DNA of 58,093 nt from Candidatus Buchananbacteria bacterium (GTDB lineage: Bacteria; Patescibacteriota; Patescibacteriia; 2-01-FULL-39-33). The stretch lies in contig CAISTG010000060.1 in assembly GCA_903888345.1 (NCBI GenBank), positions 1-58,093 of the forward strand. Reading direction: 5' to 3'. Position numbers and translations under genes: made by a program. The notes under the pieces were generated by a model, which worked only from the letters and a program-made list of their open reading frames with translations, had not been told where the DNA came from and ran no database searches. Numbering within the stretch: position 1 is the first letter of the stretch; every line of letters starts with the position of its first letter. Positions 26,583-35,000 of the stretch are shown here, piece by piece.

Positions 26583-27422
26583 TTAATACTTTTTTTCGGT
26601 GGTTAATTTCGTCAAAGCAATCCAATTATCGACACTCAAATCTTGGGCGCGAATATCTTCACGCAAGCCTAACTGCTGTAAAAGCTGCTTTATCTCCTCG
26701 CTATTTCTCTTTAAACCGCCTGCTAAATTATTGTGTAATTGCTTCCGTTTCGCGGCAAAGCCAATACGGGCCAAACGAAACAATGCTTTCGGGTCAATGT
26801 CAGGCAACTGCTGTTTAACCTTAATCTTAATTACGGCTGAGTCAATTTCCGGTTCCGGCCAAAAGCAAGACCGTGGTACCTCAAATAAAATCTCCGGTTC
26901 ACCAAAAAATTGCGCCGACAGTGCCAGCAAATTCATCTCGCCCAGCTGCGAGATAATGCGTTTAGCCACTTCTTTCTGAATCATCACGATAATTTCTAAT
27001 GGCTTCGGACCATATTCCAAAAACATTCGAAAGAATTTAGAAGTAATACTATAAGGCAGATTAGCAACAATCTTAAATTTAAAATCCTGTAACCCCAACT
27101 CGCGAAAATTCACCCGCAAGGCATCAGCTTCCACTAATTTAAGCTTTCCCTGTTGTAATGGCTCAGTAAACTGTTTTTTTAAATACACAATCACTTGATC
27201 ATCCAACTCTACTGCCAACAAATTATCAACTGTTTCTAATAATTTTTCAGTTAATACACCCAAACCCGGACCAATTTCTAAAATTTGGTCAGTCGGCTTC
27301 AGGTTAGCGCCAGCTAAAATCTTAGCGATAATATTATCATCAACTAAGAAATTTTGGCCCTTGCTTTTAGTGGGTTTAATGCCATAAGCTTGGCAAAGCT
27401 CTTTAACTTTACTAGGTAACAT
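26583..27422 (-). CDS. rsmA: 16S rRNA (adenine1518/1519-N6)-dimethyltransferase RsmA/KsgA
   Basis: KSKGQNFLVD motif, SAM-binding motif ILEIGPGLGVLT, and NLPYSIT. Confidence 0.93.
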   Translation of the reverse strand: MLPSKVKELCQAYGIKPTKSKGQNFLVDDNIIAKILAGANLKPTDQILEIGPGLGVLTEKLLETVDNLLAVELDDQVIVYLKKQFTEPLQQGKLKLVEADALRVNFRELGLQDFKFKIVANLPYSITSKFFRMFLEYGPKPLEIIVMIQKEVAKRIISQLGEMNLLALSAQFFGEPEILFEVPRSCFWPEPEIDSAVIKIKVKQQLPDIDPKALFRLARIGFAAKRKQLHNNLAGGLKRNSEEIKQLLQQLGLREDIRAQDLSVDNWIALTKLTTEKKY

Positions 27423-28393
27423 AAACTTAAAATAATAATGAAATCGGTTATTGCAATTGCCATAATACCAGTAAATCTGATATTTATCAACTCGCCACCG
27501 ATAGTTTTAATGATAAGAAATTGTAAAAAATAGAGCACTAGTGCGTTTTTACCCAATAACTCCAAATCTTGGAGCCAAAAATATCGCTTGACTCGTAAGC
27601 CATAAGCCGCCGCGAAACCACTTAATATGCAGCCAAAAATCCAGAGCCAAGTCAATGTTGAAGGAACCCAGTAACCAGCTAAATTATAGTCATAACCAAA
27701 CAAGAATAACCACCAGCGACCGGTCAAAATCGACAAAAAGAACCAAACTACCAACAAAATCCCACCCCACCAGCCTAAATTTTTTGCCAACCGTGCTTGC
27801 GCTTCAGAAGAAAGCAACAACAAATAACGACCCAGGGCAGCACCAAGCAACAACACCAACACCCAAGGATAAAGTGAAAATTCTCCAAAAACTATTTGCG
27901 TTAAAATTGAATGCTGAGTCACAGCGAGCTTAATAACTGGGAACAATAACGGATAAGACAACAACAAACCGAAACCAATAGCGACAGCCATCATGATCGA
28001 CTGTTTTGTTTTCAAATATTTAAGCACCGGATAACTTAACACCAAGCCACTGCCGATTGTTAATAAAATTCGTCCGAAATACCAGGAGCCTTCCAATAGA
28101 AAAAAGGCCGCGTTAATAATAATACCAAGTAACAATAACCAGAGGCCACGCCGCCAAAAATAATCGAATTTCAAAGTCTCCCCCGTTGCTAATTTATTCT
28201 GCCAAGTAACGGCCGCACTAAAGCCGGCAACAAACAAAAACAGCGGCGCTGCCCAAGTAACCGTCAAATACACTACTAAGTAATTGGCGTAACTAGTTGA
28301 CGTCGCTGACACCAGATAATGACCGACATGATTAATAATCATGGCCACAATCGCCAGACCCCGCAAAGAATCAAGATAACTGAGTCGCTTCAT
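27344..28393 (-). CDS. polytopic membrane protein, acyltransferase-like (DUF1624 / heparan-glucosaminide N-acetyltransferase-like N-terminus)
   Basis: The N-terminus (RLSYLDSLRGLAIVAMIINHVGHY) is typical of that family, and there are about 9-10 TM helices. The 3' end overlaps the rsmA start by 79 nt. Confidence 0.65.
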   Translation of the reverse strand: MKRLSYLDSLRGLAIVAMIINHVGHYLVSATSTSYANYLVVYLTVTWAAPLFLFVAGFSAAVTWQNKLATGETLKFDYFWRRGLWLLLLGIIINAAFFLLEGSWYFGRILLTIGSGLVLSYPVLKYLKTKQSIMMAVAIGFGLLLSYPLLFPVIKLAVTQHSILTQIVFGEFSLYPWVLVLLLGAALGRYLLLLSSEAQARLAKNLGWWGGILLVVWFFLSILTGRWWLFLFGYDYNLAGYWVPSTLTWLWIFGCILSGFAAAYGLRVKRYFWLQDLELLGKNALVLYFLQFLIIKTIGGELINIRFTGIMAIAITDFIIILSLCYLVKLKSFAKLMALNPLKARAKIS

Positions 28394-28396
28394 GTA

Positions 28397-29587
28397 TTAG
28401 CGTGCTTTAAAAAATAAATAAAATAAAGACATCACTGCACCCAAAATAAACATTGCATTCCAGCCGGGCGTAAATATTTGTAATAAAATCAAACAAAGCA
28501 ACATGGCTACAATCTTGCCAATAACCAACGACATCTCAAAAAACACAATCGAGTTCATAACTGAACCTTGCTGCGCCTCTTGATATAAATCGGCGGTGAT
28601 TGGTAATGCAATAGTATTTTTAGCAACCCGAGAATACACATCGACTGTCGCCACGCCAAACGGATGACGCACCAAGACCTTAAAAACCCAACTTAAAAAA
28701 TATAAAATCGTGCCATAACGCAACACCCTATTCTTATCACTCTTATCCGTCCAACGACCGACAAATAATAACACTAAGGTCGATAAAAAGATAGAAATAG
28801 CCGAAATTAAACCTAATCCCAAATAGTCACTGGCTACTAAAAACATAAAAATCGGCCACATATTTAAAATAATCCACTCTTCCCCATAACCCATATGTGC
28901 CAGAAATTTCTTTCCGGTATTCTTCGCAAATAAGCGTCTAAAGGCAGCCCAGTAAGCAAAGGGGTGCGGATCAAATTGCTCCTTAGTAATTAACATGGGT
29001 ATATTTGAAACTAAAATCAAAACCGATACCACCAAAAATAAAACTTTAAAGCCATAAAATTGTAAAATCAAACCACCAATAAGCGGGCCAGCAATAAACA
29101 CCAAAGCCTCCAGAATATATAGATTAGATAACTCCCTCCCTTGTTCACCTTGCGAAGAAAACTTAGCAAAATTGGAGTGATAAGCGGGCCAATAGAAAGC
29201 CTTAGCAATCGCATAAATAATCATCGCCAGTATAACAGCTGGATAAAACCGATTCATGCCAAACAAAAAGAAATAGAGGGCAATTTGGAAAATTGAAGCT
29301 AAGGCAATCGAGTTTTCATAGCCATAGCGCTTCGCAAATTTAGCGCCAAGCGGGACGATAAATAAATAAATTATATAAACTCCCAAGTAGAATAAGGTTA
29401 CTTGTTCCAAAGCACCCTTCAGTGGAAAAAATTTCGAAAAGAAAACATACAAAAAAACCGGCTCAAAAATCGAGACCATCGCGACAGCGAAATCCAAAAT
29501 TAGAGTCGCCGTATAAAGTTCGCGCACCTGTCGCGTTAAGCGATGAGCAAAGAGAGAGTTAACGATGTTGAAGGGTTTTGAGAGCAT
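28397..29587 (-). CDS. MFS-type transporter
   Basis: About 12 predicted TM helices of the right length, with a GRWTDK-type loop motif between helices in the C-terminal half. Confidence 0.7.
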   Translation of the reverse strand: MLSKPFNIVNSLFAHRLTRQVRELYTATLILDFAVAMVSIFEPVFLYVFFSKFFPLKGALEQVTLFYLGVYIIYLFIVPLGAKFAKRYGYENSIALASIFQIALYFFLFGMNRFYPAVILAMIIYAIAKAFYWPAYHSNFAKFSSQGEQGRELSNLYILEALVFIAGPLIGGLILQFYGFKVLFLVVSVLILVSNIPMLITKEQFDPHPFAYWAAFRRLFAKNTGKKFLAHMGYGEEWIILNMWPIFMFLVASDYLGLGLISAISIFLSTLVLLFVGRWTDKSDKNRVLRYGTILYFLSWVFKVLVRHPFGVATVDVYSRVAKNTIALPITADLYQEAQQGSVMNSIVFFEMSLVIGKIVAMLLCLILLQIFTPGWNAMFILGAVMSLFYLFFKAR

Positions 29588-29736
29588 GGCTATTTATTTG
29601 ATTTTAATTTTTTGTTCCGGTCTTAGTTCCCGTCCCCGCCTTACGACCATTTGAAAATATTGTGCTGATTTTATGCGGGAACGACTCAAAAATTATCGCA
29701 AGCGACAGCGTCAGATAATTTTTAGGAGTGAAGCAT

Positions 29737-29900
29737 AATCCGCCGCGGCGGACAGCCATGATTTTCATCCGGTCGCGACTTTTTGGTTACTTTTTCTAAT
29801 TCAGTCCGTAGCGAAGCGAAGGATAATAATTAAGTTGCCAGCGGAGCTGGCTCCAAAAGAATATAGCCAACCCCGATATCGCCAGCAGGCGATTTGGCTA
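29737..29900 (-). repeat. dispersed structured repeat, copy A (inverted relative to copy B)
   Basis: Its reverse complement aligns with 54569-54730. This includes a perfect 46-nt block, TAGCCAAATCGCCTGCTGGCGATATCGGGGTTGGCTATATTCTTTT at 29855-29900, matching 54569-54614. It lies in a 473-nt hairpin-dense intergenic region. Confidence 0.85.
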
Positions 29901-30060
29901 AGAAAAAGTGACAAAAGTTAATTCATAAAACTAAATTCCCACCTTCGCGGCAATGACGGTACTAAGCGTACTCCCAATCCTACATAACTACAGATCAGAA
30001 ATGTTGGAATGACAGAAGAAATATAATAATTAGACTGAAAAAAAGTGACAAGAGACAATA

Positions 30061-31065
30061 CTATAAAAATCTCTTCATCAACCGATAACCACTATACAAT
30101 ATTTTATTAAACACCAAATCATAAGCGCCAACATATTTAATTAATCGCGTCTCTGGTGCAAAACCAATTTTAAACCTAGTTACTCCGGGCCAGCGCGCCT
30201 CATTGGCGCCCCAGAAATCATAAAACTGGCAACCTTGTTGCTTAGCTAATTTGATCATCTCCCATTGCAAAGTATAAGGTGCCATCTTGTCACGAAATTC
30301 ATAGTCAGAAGCACCATGCAAATAAACACACCACTGCCCCCAAAATACCATAATATTAGCTGCCAGAGCCTTCCCTGAGGCCAAATTATCACTTCTGGCG
30401 AAGACTAATCTTACCCCTGGCACCTTGAGCATTTTCAGGTAATAATCGTGCCTGTGCGTTTTTATGCGGTCACGCGCAGCAGTCTTCTCCATCAGCTCCC
30501 AAAACTCGGCGAAATCAGCTTGAGGGTTTTGGCTAACTTGAGCAAAAATCCCATGTCGCTCCCCCACTTTAATATTATAGCGTGTCTTGGACTTCATGTT
30601 TTTGAGCAAGTCCGCCTCGCTTAAATTTAAATCTAAAATTAAAGTCTGTTGCGGTTGGACTTCACCAATTAAGCGCAGCTTATTACTTACTAAGTGCTGT
30701 GACTCGGCCCAAGCCGGATCAATCCTTAAGAAAAAGGCTTTTTCTGATTGGGAGATTTTTTTTATTTCGGCAAATAGAAATCTTAAAGCGTCGGACCGCA
30801 ATTCACTGGTCACCGATTTATCCAAAACCGGACCACGCGGGCAATATAAATAACTAAAACCATAAGGTAAACGATGTTTAACAATTAAGGCAACAACCAT
30901 AACTTCACCATCCACCTCAACTGCCAACCGATAATTAGTCCGACCGCTCGCGACCTGAAAATCACCCCAACCGGCAGATTGCAAAAAACCACCATCTAAA
31001 CTATTGGCGGCAACGAACAGGTCCCATTTTTCGGGTGTTAAGTTTTGATTTAAGTTGAAATTCAC
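30061..31065 (-). CDS. FemAB-family peptidoglycan interpeptide-bridge aminoacyltransferase
   Basis: Typical FemX/MurM layout. The N-terminus has W..FV......GFLQS..WG.F, and the C-terminal half has KTRYNIK...LHGAS motifs. Confidence 0.85.
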   Translation of the reverse strand: MNFNLNQNLTPEKWDLFVAANSLDGGFLQSAGWGDFQVASGRTNYRLAVEVDGEVMVVALIVKHRLPYGFSYLYCPRGPVLDKSVTSELRSDALRFLFAEIKKISQSEKAFFLRIDPAWAESQHLVSNKLRLIGEVQPQQTLILDLNLSEADLLKNMKSKTRYNIKVGERHGIFAQVSQNPQADFAEFWELMEKTAARDRIKTHRHDYYLKMLKVPGVRLVFARSDNLASGKALAANIMVFWGQWCVYLHGASDYEFRDKMAPYTLQWEMIKLAKQQGCQFYDFWGANEARWPGVTRFKIGFAPETRLIKYVGAYDLVFNKILYSGYRLMKRFL

Positions 31066-31207
31066 CTTTTTACTATAACATATTTTGTGCTCAATAAAAA
31101 GCTGACAACCAGCGAATCATTTAATCAACTTTAATTAAACGTCTTCAGGGTTGAAAAATATGCCGAAATATGCTATGCTATAAAAAGTTAAATCAATAAA
31201 CCCCACT

Positions 31208-32620
31208 ATGGAACGGAATTTACCGCAAGTTGTCATTATTGGAAGAGCCAATGTCGGCAAATCAACCCTATTTAATCGTATAATTGAACAAAAGAAGGCT
31301 TTGGTGTCCCCAGTTTCTGGAACCACACGTGACCGTAACATTGGTGTCGCCGAATGGCGCGGTCGCAAATTTCAAATTACTGATACTGGTGGCTTAGATA
31401 TCGACCTCAATGAAGAAACTGATAAGGAAATCGCCAAAGGAATCATTAGACAAGCTGAAACTGCTGCTAAAACTGCAGATTTGGTATTGTTTGTTATTGA
31501 TGCGATGACTGGCGCCACTCCGGCTGATCGTGAATTATACAAAAAAGTAAAAAAATATTTAAATCCGGATAAAATCATCTTTATTGCTAATAAAGCCGAG
31601 AGCGCTCGTAACAATAAATATGACAACAGTATTTTCAAATTGGGTCTCGGTGAACCAATGTATTTATCAGCTTCTTCTGGATCCGGTGTTGGTGATTTAC
31701 TTGATGAAGTCTTAAATAAAATTCCTAAAAATAAAACTGACAAGGGCGCCGAAAATGCTTTCCCTACTATTAAAGTCGCCTTCTTGGGTCGACCCAATGT
31801 CGGAAAATCTTCCCTTTTAAATGCGATCTTAGGCGAAGAGCGCGTCATTGTTTCTCCAATTGCTCACACTACTCGCGAAGCGCATGACACTGAATTCTTT
31901 TATAAAGAACATCGCTTTGTAATTGTTGATACCGCCGGCTTACGCAAAAAAGCTAAAGTTGAAAAAGGTGGATTAGAAAGAAAATCGGTCGATAAATCAT
32001 TACAAGCGATCGCTCACTGTGATGTTGCGGTTTTAGTGACTGAAGCTGATAAGACAGTTGATACTCAAGACAAAAAAATCACCCAGGCAATTTTAGAATC
32101 CGGCAAGTCCGTGATCATTGTCGCCAACAAATGGGATCTAGTAGAAAATAAAGAAACCGATACTATCAATTCTTATGTCGATTACTATCGCTTAGAATTC
32201 CCTTACCTCTGGTGGGCACCATTGATTTTCGTTTCCGCCAAAGACGATGTGCGTTGCCGCAAAATTTTAGACATGGCGATTGAAACCGCCACATCCCGCC
32301 ATATCACGATCGCCAATTCAACTTTAGATAAATTCTTAAAACAAAAAATCAAACAGCATCGTCCGAGCCGCGGCAAAGGCTTAAAGAATCCTTATATTTA
32401 CGAAATCGAACAAGAATCCACCAATCCTCCGCGTTTCATTATCTATGTTAATGATCCAATGATTCTACATTTCTCCTATATCCGCTTCCTGCAAAATAAC
32501 CTGCGTGATCAATTTAAGATTATGGGCACACCAATCCAAATTGAAGTTCGTAAATGGAATCCGAAACGAGAAAAAGAAAATAAACCACAAAAAAAACGTA
32601 AGCGACATCGAAACTACTAA
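31208..32620 (+). CDS. der: ribosome-associated GTPase Der/EngA
   Basis: Two tandem G domains (GRANVGKSTLFNR and GRPNVGKSSLLNA, each followed by DTGG/DTAG and NKxD motifs) plus a KH-like, basic C-terminus. Confidence 0.95.
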   Translation: MERNLPQVVIIGRANVGKSTLFNRIIEQKKALVSPVSGTTRDRNIGVAEWRGRKFQITDTGGLDIDLNEETDKEIAKGIIRQAETAAKTADLVLFVIDAMTGATPADRELYKKVKKYLNPDKIIFIANKAESARNNKYDNSIFKLGLGEPMYLSASSGSGVGDLLDEVLNKIPKNKTDKGAENAFPTIKVAFLGRPNVGKSSLLNAILGEERVIVSPIAHTTREAHDTEFFYKEHRFVIVDTAGLRKKAKVEKGGLERKSVDKSLQAIAHCDVAVLVTEADKTVDTQDKKITQAILESGKSVIIVANKWDLVENKETDTINSYVDYYRLEFPYLWWAPLIFVSAKDDVRCRKILDMAIETATSRHITIANSTLDKFLKQKIKQHRPSRGKGLKNPYIYEIEQESTNPPRFIIYVNDPMILHFSYIRFLQNNLRDQFKIMGTPIQIEVRKWNPKREKENKPQKKRKRHRNY

Positions 32621-32622
32621 CT

Positions 32623-33126
32623 ATGAAGAGTGTCGATTTAAAAAAATATATTTTAGACTTACCACAAGACAAAATTGCTTGGCTTTTTGTTATTATCTAT
32701 TCCTTGCGGGCACCGACCTACTACTTGATCGGCTTCATAAATGCCGGATATTCCTGGTGGTATACCGCAGAAATTTTAAGGATAATTTACTGGACCTTCA
32801 GCTACTTTCTAGCTGGCATTATGATGATATTAATATTAATCTTACTAGGTTGGCTACTGAGTTTGATTCTTAAACTTATAAAGAAAAATGTCGAACTAAA
32901 AAAAATTATAAATCTTACGTTTTTTTCTTCGTTAATTTACACCATCCCAATTACTGTCTACTCTGTATATTTGGAAATTTTACCCTACTTTACTGGTCGC
33001 AATGTAGATTTTCAAATTATGCATTTTAAAGTCTTTCCCCTAGTAGATCAATTTACCACAATTTTGTGGCTGGTTCTTTTCCTTTACGGGCTTATCATCA
33101 CTATTAAAAATCAAAAGCGAGTATGA
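32623..33126 (+). CDS. hypothetical membrane protein (4-5 TM helices)
   Basis: The ORF starts 3 nt after der, and its stop overlaps the pth start (ATGA). It is strongly hydrophobic. Confidence 0.6.
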   Translation: MKSVDLKKYILDLPQDKIAWLFVIIYSLRAPTYYLIGFINAGYSWWYTAEILRIIYWTFSYFLAGIMMILILILLGWLLSLILKLIKKNVELKKIINLTFFSSLIYTIPITVYSVYLEILPYFTGRNVDFQIMHFKVFPLVDQFTTILWLVLFLYGLIITIKNQKRV

Positions 33127-33683
33127 AATTAATCGTCGGCCTGGGCAATCCCGGCAAACAATATCAGAATACTTGGCATAACATCGGCTTTGCCACTTTA
33201 GAAGAATTGTGCAAACAATTCGGTTTTAGTGATTTCAAAAAATCAGTCAAATTCAAGGCGGAAATTACCAAAGGCGAAGTTGCCGGCGAAACCATCATCT
33301 TAGCGAAGCCGCAAACTTTTATGAATAACTCGGGCTTAAGCGTCGCCGCCATTGCTAATTTTTATAAAACTAAAACAACGGATATTATTGTAGTTCAAGA
33401 CGACTTAGATTTAGTGGCCGGCAAACTTCGCCTGGCTAAAGATTCTTCCGCTGGCGGCCATAACGGTATTAAATCAATTATTGAACACTTGGGCACCAAA
33501 GATTTTATGCGAGTTAAAGTTGGCATCAAAACTGAATTGCTAACCAAAGTTGATCCGGCTGATTATGTTTTAATGGCTTATAAAAAGATCCCTGAAATTT
33601 CTAAATTAATAAAAACCGCTGCGGAAGCAACGGCAACTATTATCGAAACTGGACTCGCCAAAGCGATGAATAAGTATAACTAG
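33123..33683 (+). CDS. pth: peptidyl-tRNA hydrolase
   Basis: MKLIVGLGNPGKQYQNTWHNIGF N-terminus, and GGHNGIKSI. Confidence 0.93.
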   Translation: MKLIVGLGNPGKQYQNTWHNIGFATLEELCKQFGFSDFKKSVKFKAEITKGEVAGETIILAKPQTFMNNSGLSVAAIANFYKTKTTDIIVVQDDLDLVAGKLRLAKDSSAGGHNGIKSIIEHLGTKDFMRVKVGIKTELLTKVDPADYVLMAYKKIPEISKLIKTAAEATATIIETGLAKAMNKYN

Positions 33684-33901
33684 TTATTTTCTAAAATAAA
33701 AAAATGGCACTGAGATTACTGTCTGCCAGCTTGGCGACAACTGCCAGGAGGGGGGCAATTACCGTAAGTTAACAGACAGAAACCTAAGGGCCATTTATTT
33801 AAACCGCATAAACAATACTTCAAGGACGGCTTTAAATTACGTGGGTATCTTACCAAACTGACCCGCCCCTGTCAATAGACCGAAATTTAACTCTTTTACT
33901 C

Positions 33902-34993
33902 ATGGAGGACTTAAAATATTTCCTGGCTTTTGGCCAGATTTCCGGCTTCGGCCCACTCAAATTCAATCGTCTCTTGACCCATTACTCAACTCTGGGTGAG
34001 GCTTGGTCCATTAATCTACCGGAGTTAATGGCAATAGGTTTTACTGAAAGCGAAGCTGACAAAATCATAATCAGCAGATCAAACATCAACCCCGATGAAG
34101 AGTTTGCCAAATTAAATAAGCAAGGAATTTCTGCCATCACCATTAAAGATTCAGCTTATCCAAAAAACCTTAAAGAGATTTATGATGCACCGGCGGTTCT
34201 ATATTATCGCGGCAATCTCAATTGTTTAAACAACGAATGTTTGGCAGTAGTGGGGGCGCGTAAGCACACTCCTTATGGTCAAATGGCGGTTGATAAAATT
34301 ATCGAACCACTGGCTGCGGCAGGACTAACCATTGTTTCCGGTTTAGCCCTAGGGATTGATGCCCTCGCCCATCAAGCGGCGCTTAAAGTTAATGGCTTAA
34401 CTGCTGGCGTCTTAGGTTCTGATTTGCAATGGACCAATATCGGACCCAAAACTAACACTCGCTTAGCTGAAAAAATATTGGAGAATAACGGCTGCCTCTT
34501 ATCAGAATTTTCAATAGGCACAGCTGCCAACAAAACAACCTTTCCCCAGCGCAATCGTATCGTCTCCGGTTTATCTCGCGGCGTACTCGTAATTGAAGCC
34601 GCCGAAAACTCAGGGACCTTAATTACTGTTAATCATGCTCTAGACCAAAATCGCGACATTTTTGCTGTGCCGGGCAATATCTTTAGTCCCTATTGCGAAG
34701 GCACCAATAACCTGATCCGTAAGGGCGCCAAAATCACCATCAACGCCGACGATGTCTTGAATGAATTTAACCTAGCTCCGCAGCTAAAGTTAAACAAGAA
34801 ACCTGAGCCACTACAACTTGATACTGAAGACGCCCTGATCGTCAACAACCTCAGTTCCGAACCACTACAACTTGACAAACTAGCTGAACTATGCCAGATT
34901 AGGATTAATTCCTTAAATTCTAAACTAATGTTGCTAGAACTAAAAGGAGTAATTAAGAACATCGGCAATAATCAATATATCAAATTAAATTAG
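33902..34993 (+). CDS. dprA: DNA processing protein DprA (Smf)
   Basis: Rossmann-like DprA core (VVGARKHTPYG, SGLALGIDALAHQAAL, FPQRNRIVSGLSRGVLVIEAAENSGTLIT) plus a C-terminal winged-helix-like tail. Confidence 0.92.
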   Translation: MEDLKYFLAFGQISGFGPLKFNRLLTHYSTLGEAWSINLPELMAIGFTESEADKIIISRSNINPDEEFAKLNKQGISAITIKDSAYPKNLKEIYDAPAVLYYRGNLNCLNNECLAVVGARKHTPYGQMAVDKIIEPLAAAGLTIVSGLALGIDALAHQAALKVNGLTAGVLGSDLQWTNIGPKTNTRLAEKILENNGCLLSEFSIGTAANKTTFPQRNRIVSGLSRGVLVIEAAENSGTLITVNHALDQNRDIFAVPGNIFSPYCEGTNNLIRKGAKITINADDVLNEFNLAPQLKLNKKPEPLQLDTEDALIVNNLSSEPLQLDKLAELCQIRINSLNSKLMLLELKGVIKNIGNNQYIKLN

Positions 34994-35000
34994 CATACTT

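Noticed and set aside
31135-31848. Minus-strand ORFs 31135-31368 and 31372-31848.
   Set aside because: They are antisense to der, whose two G domains are unambiguous.
33702-33796. SRP (4.5S) RNA, given the ~95-nt long-hairpin shape.
   Set aside because: The universally conserved domain IV elements (the GGAA-type tetraloop context and the flanking AGCA-containing loops, as in GUCAGGUCCGGAAGGAAGCAGC) are absent from the apical region.
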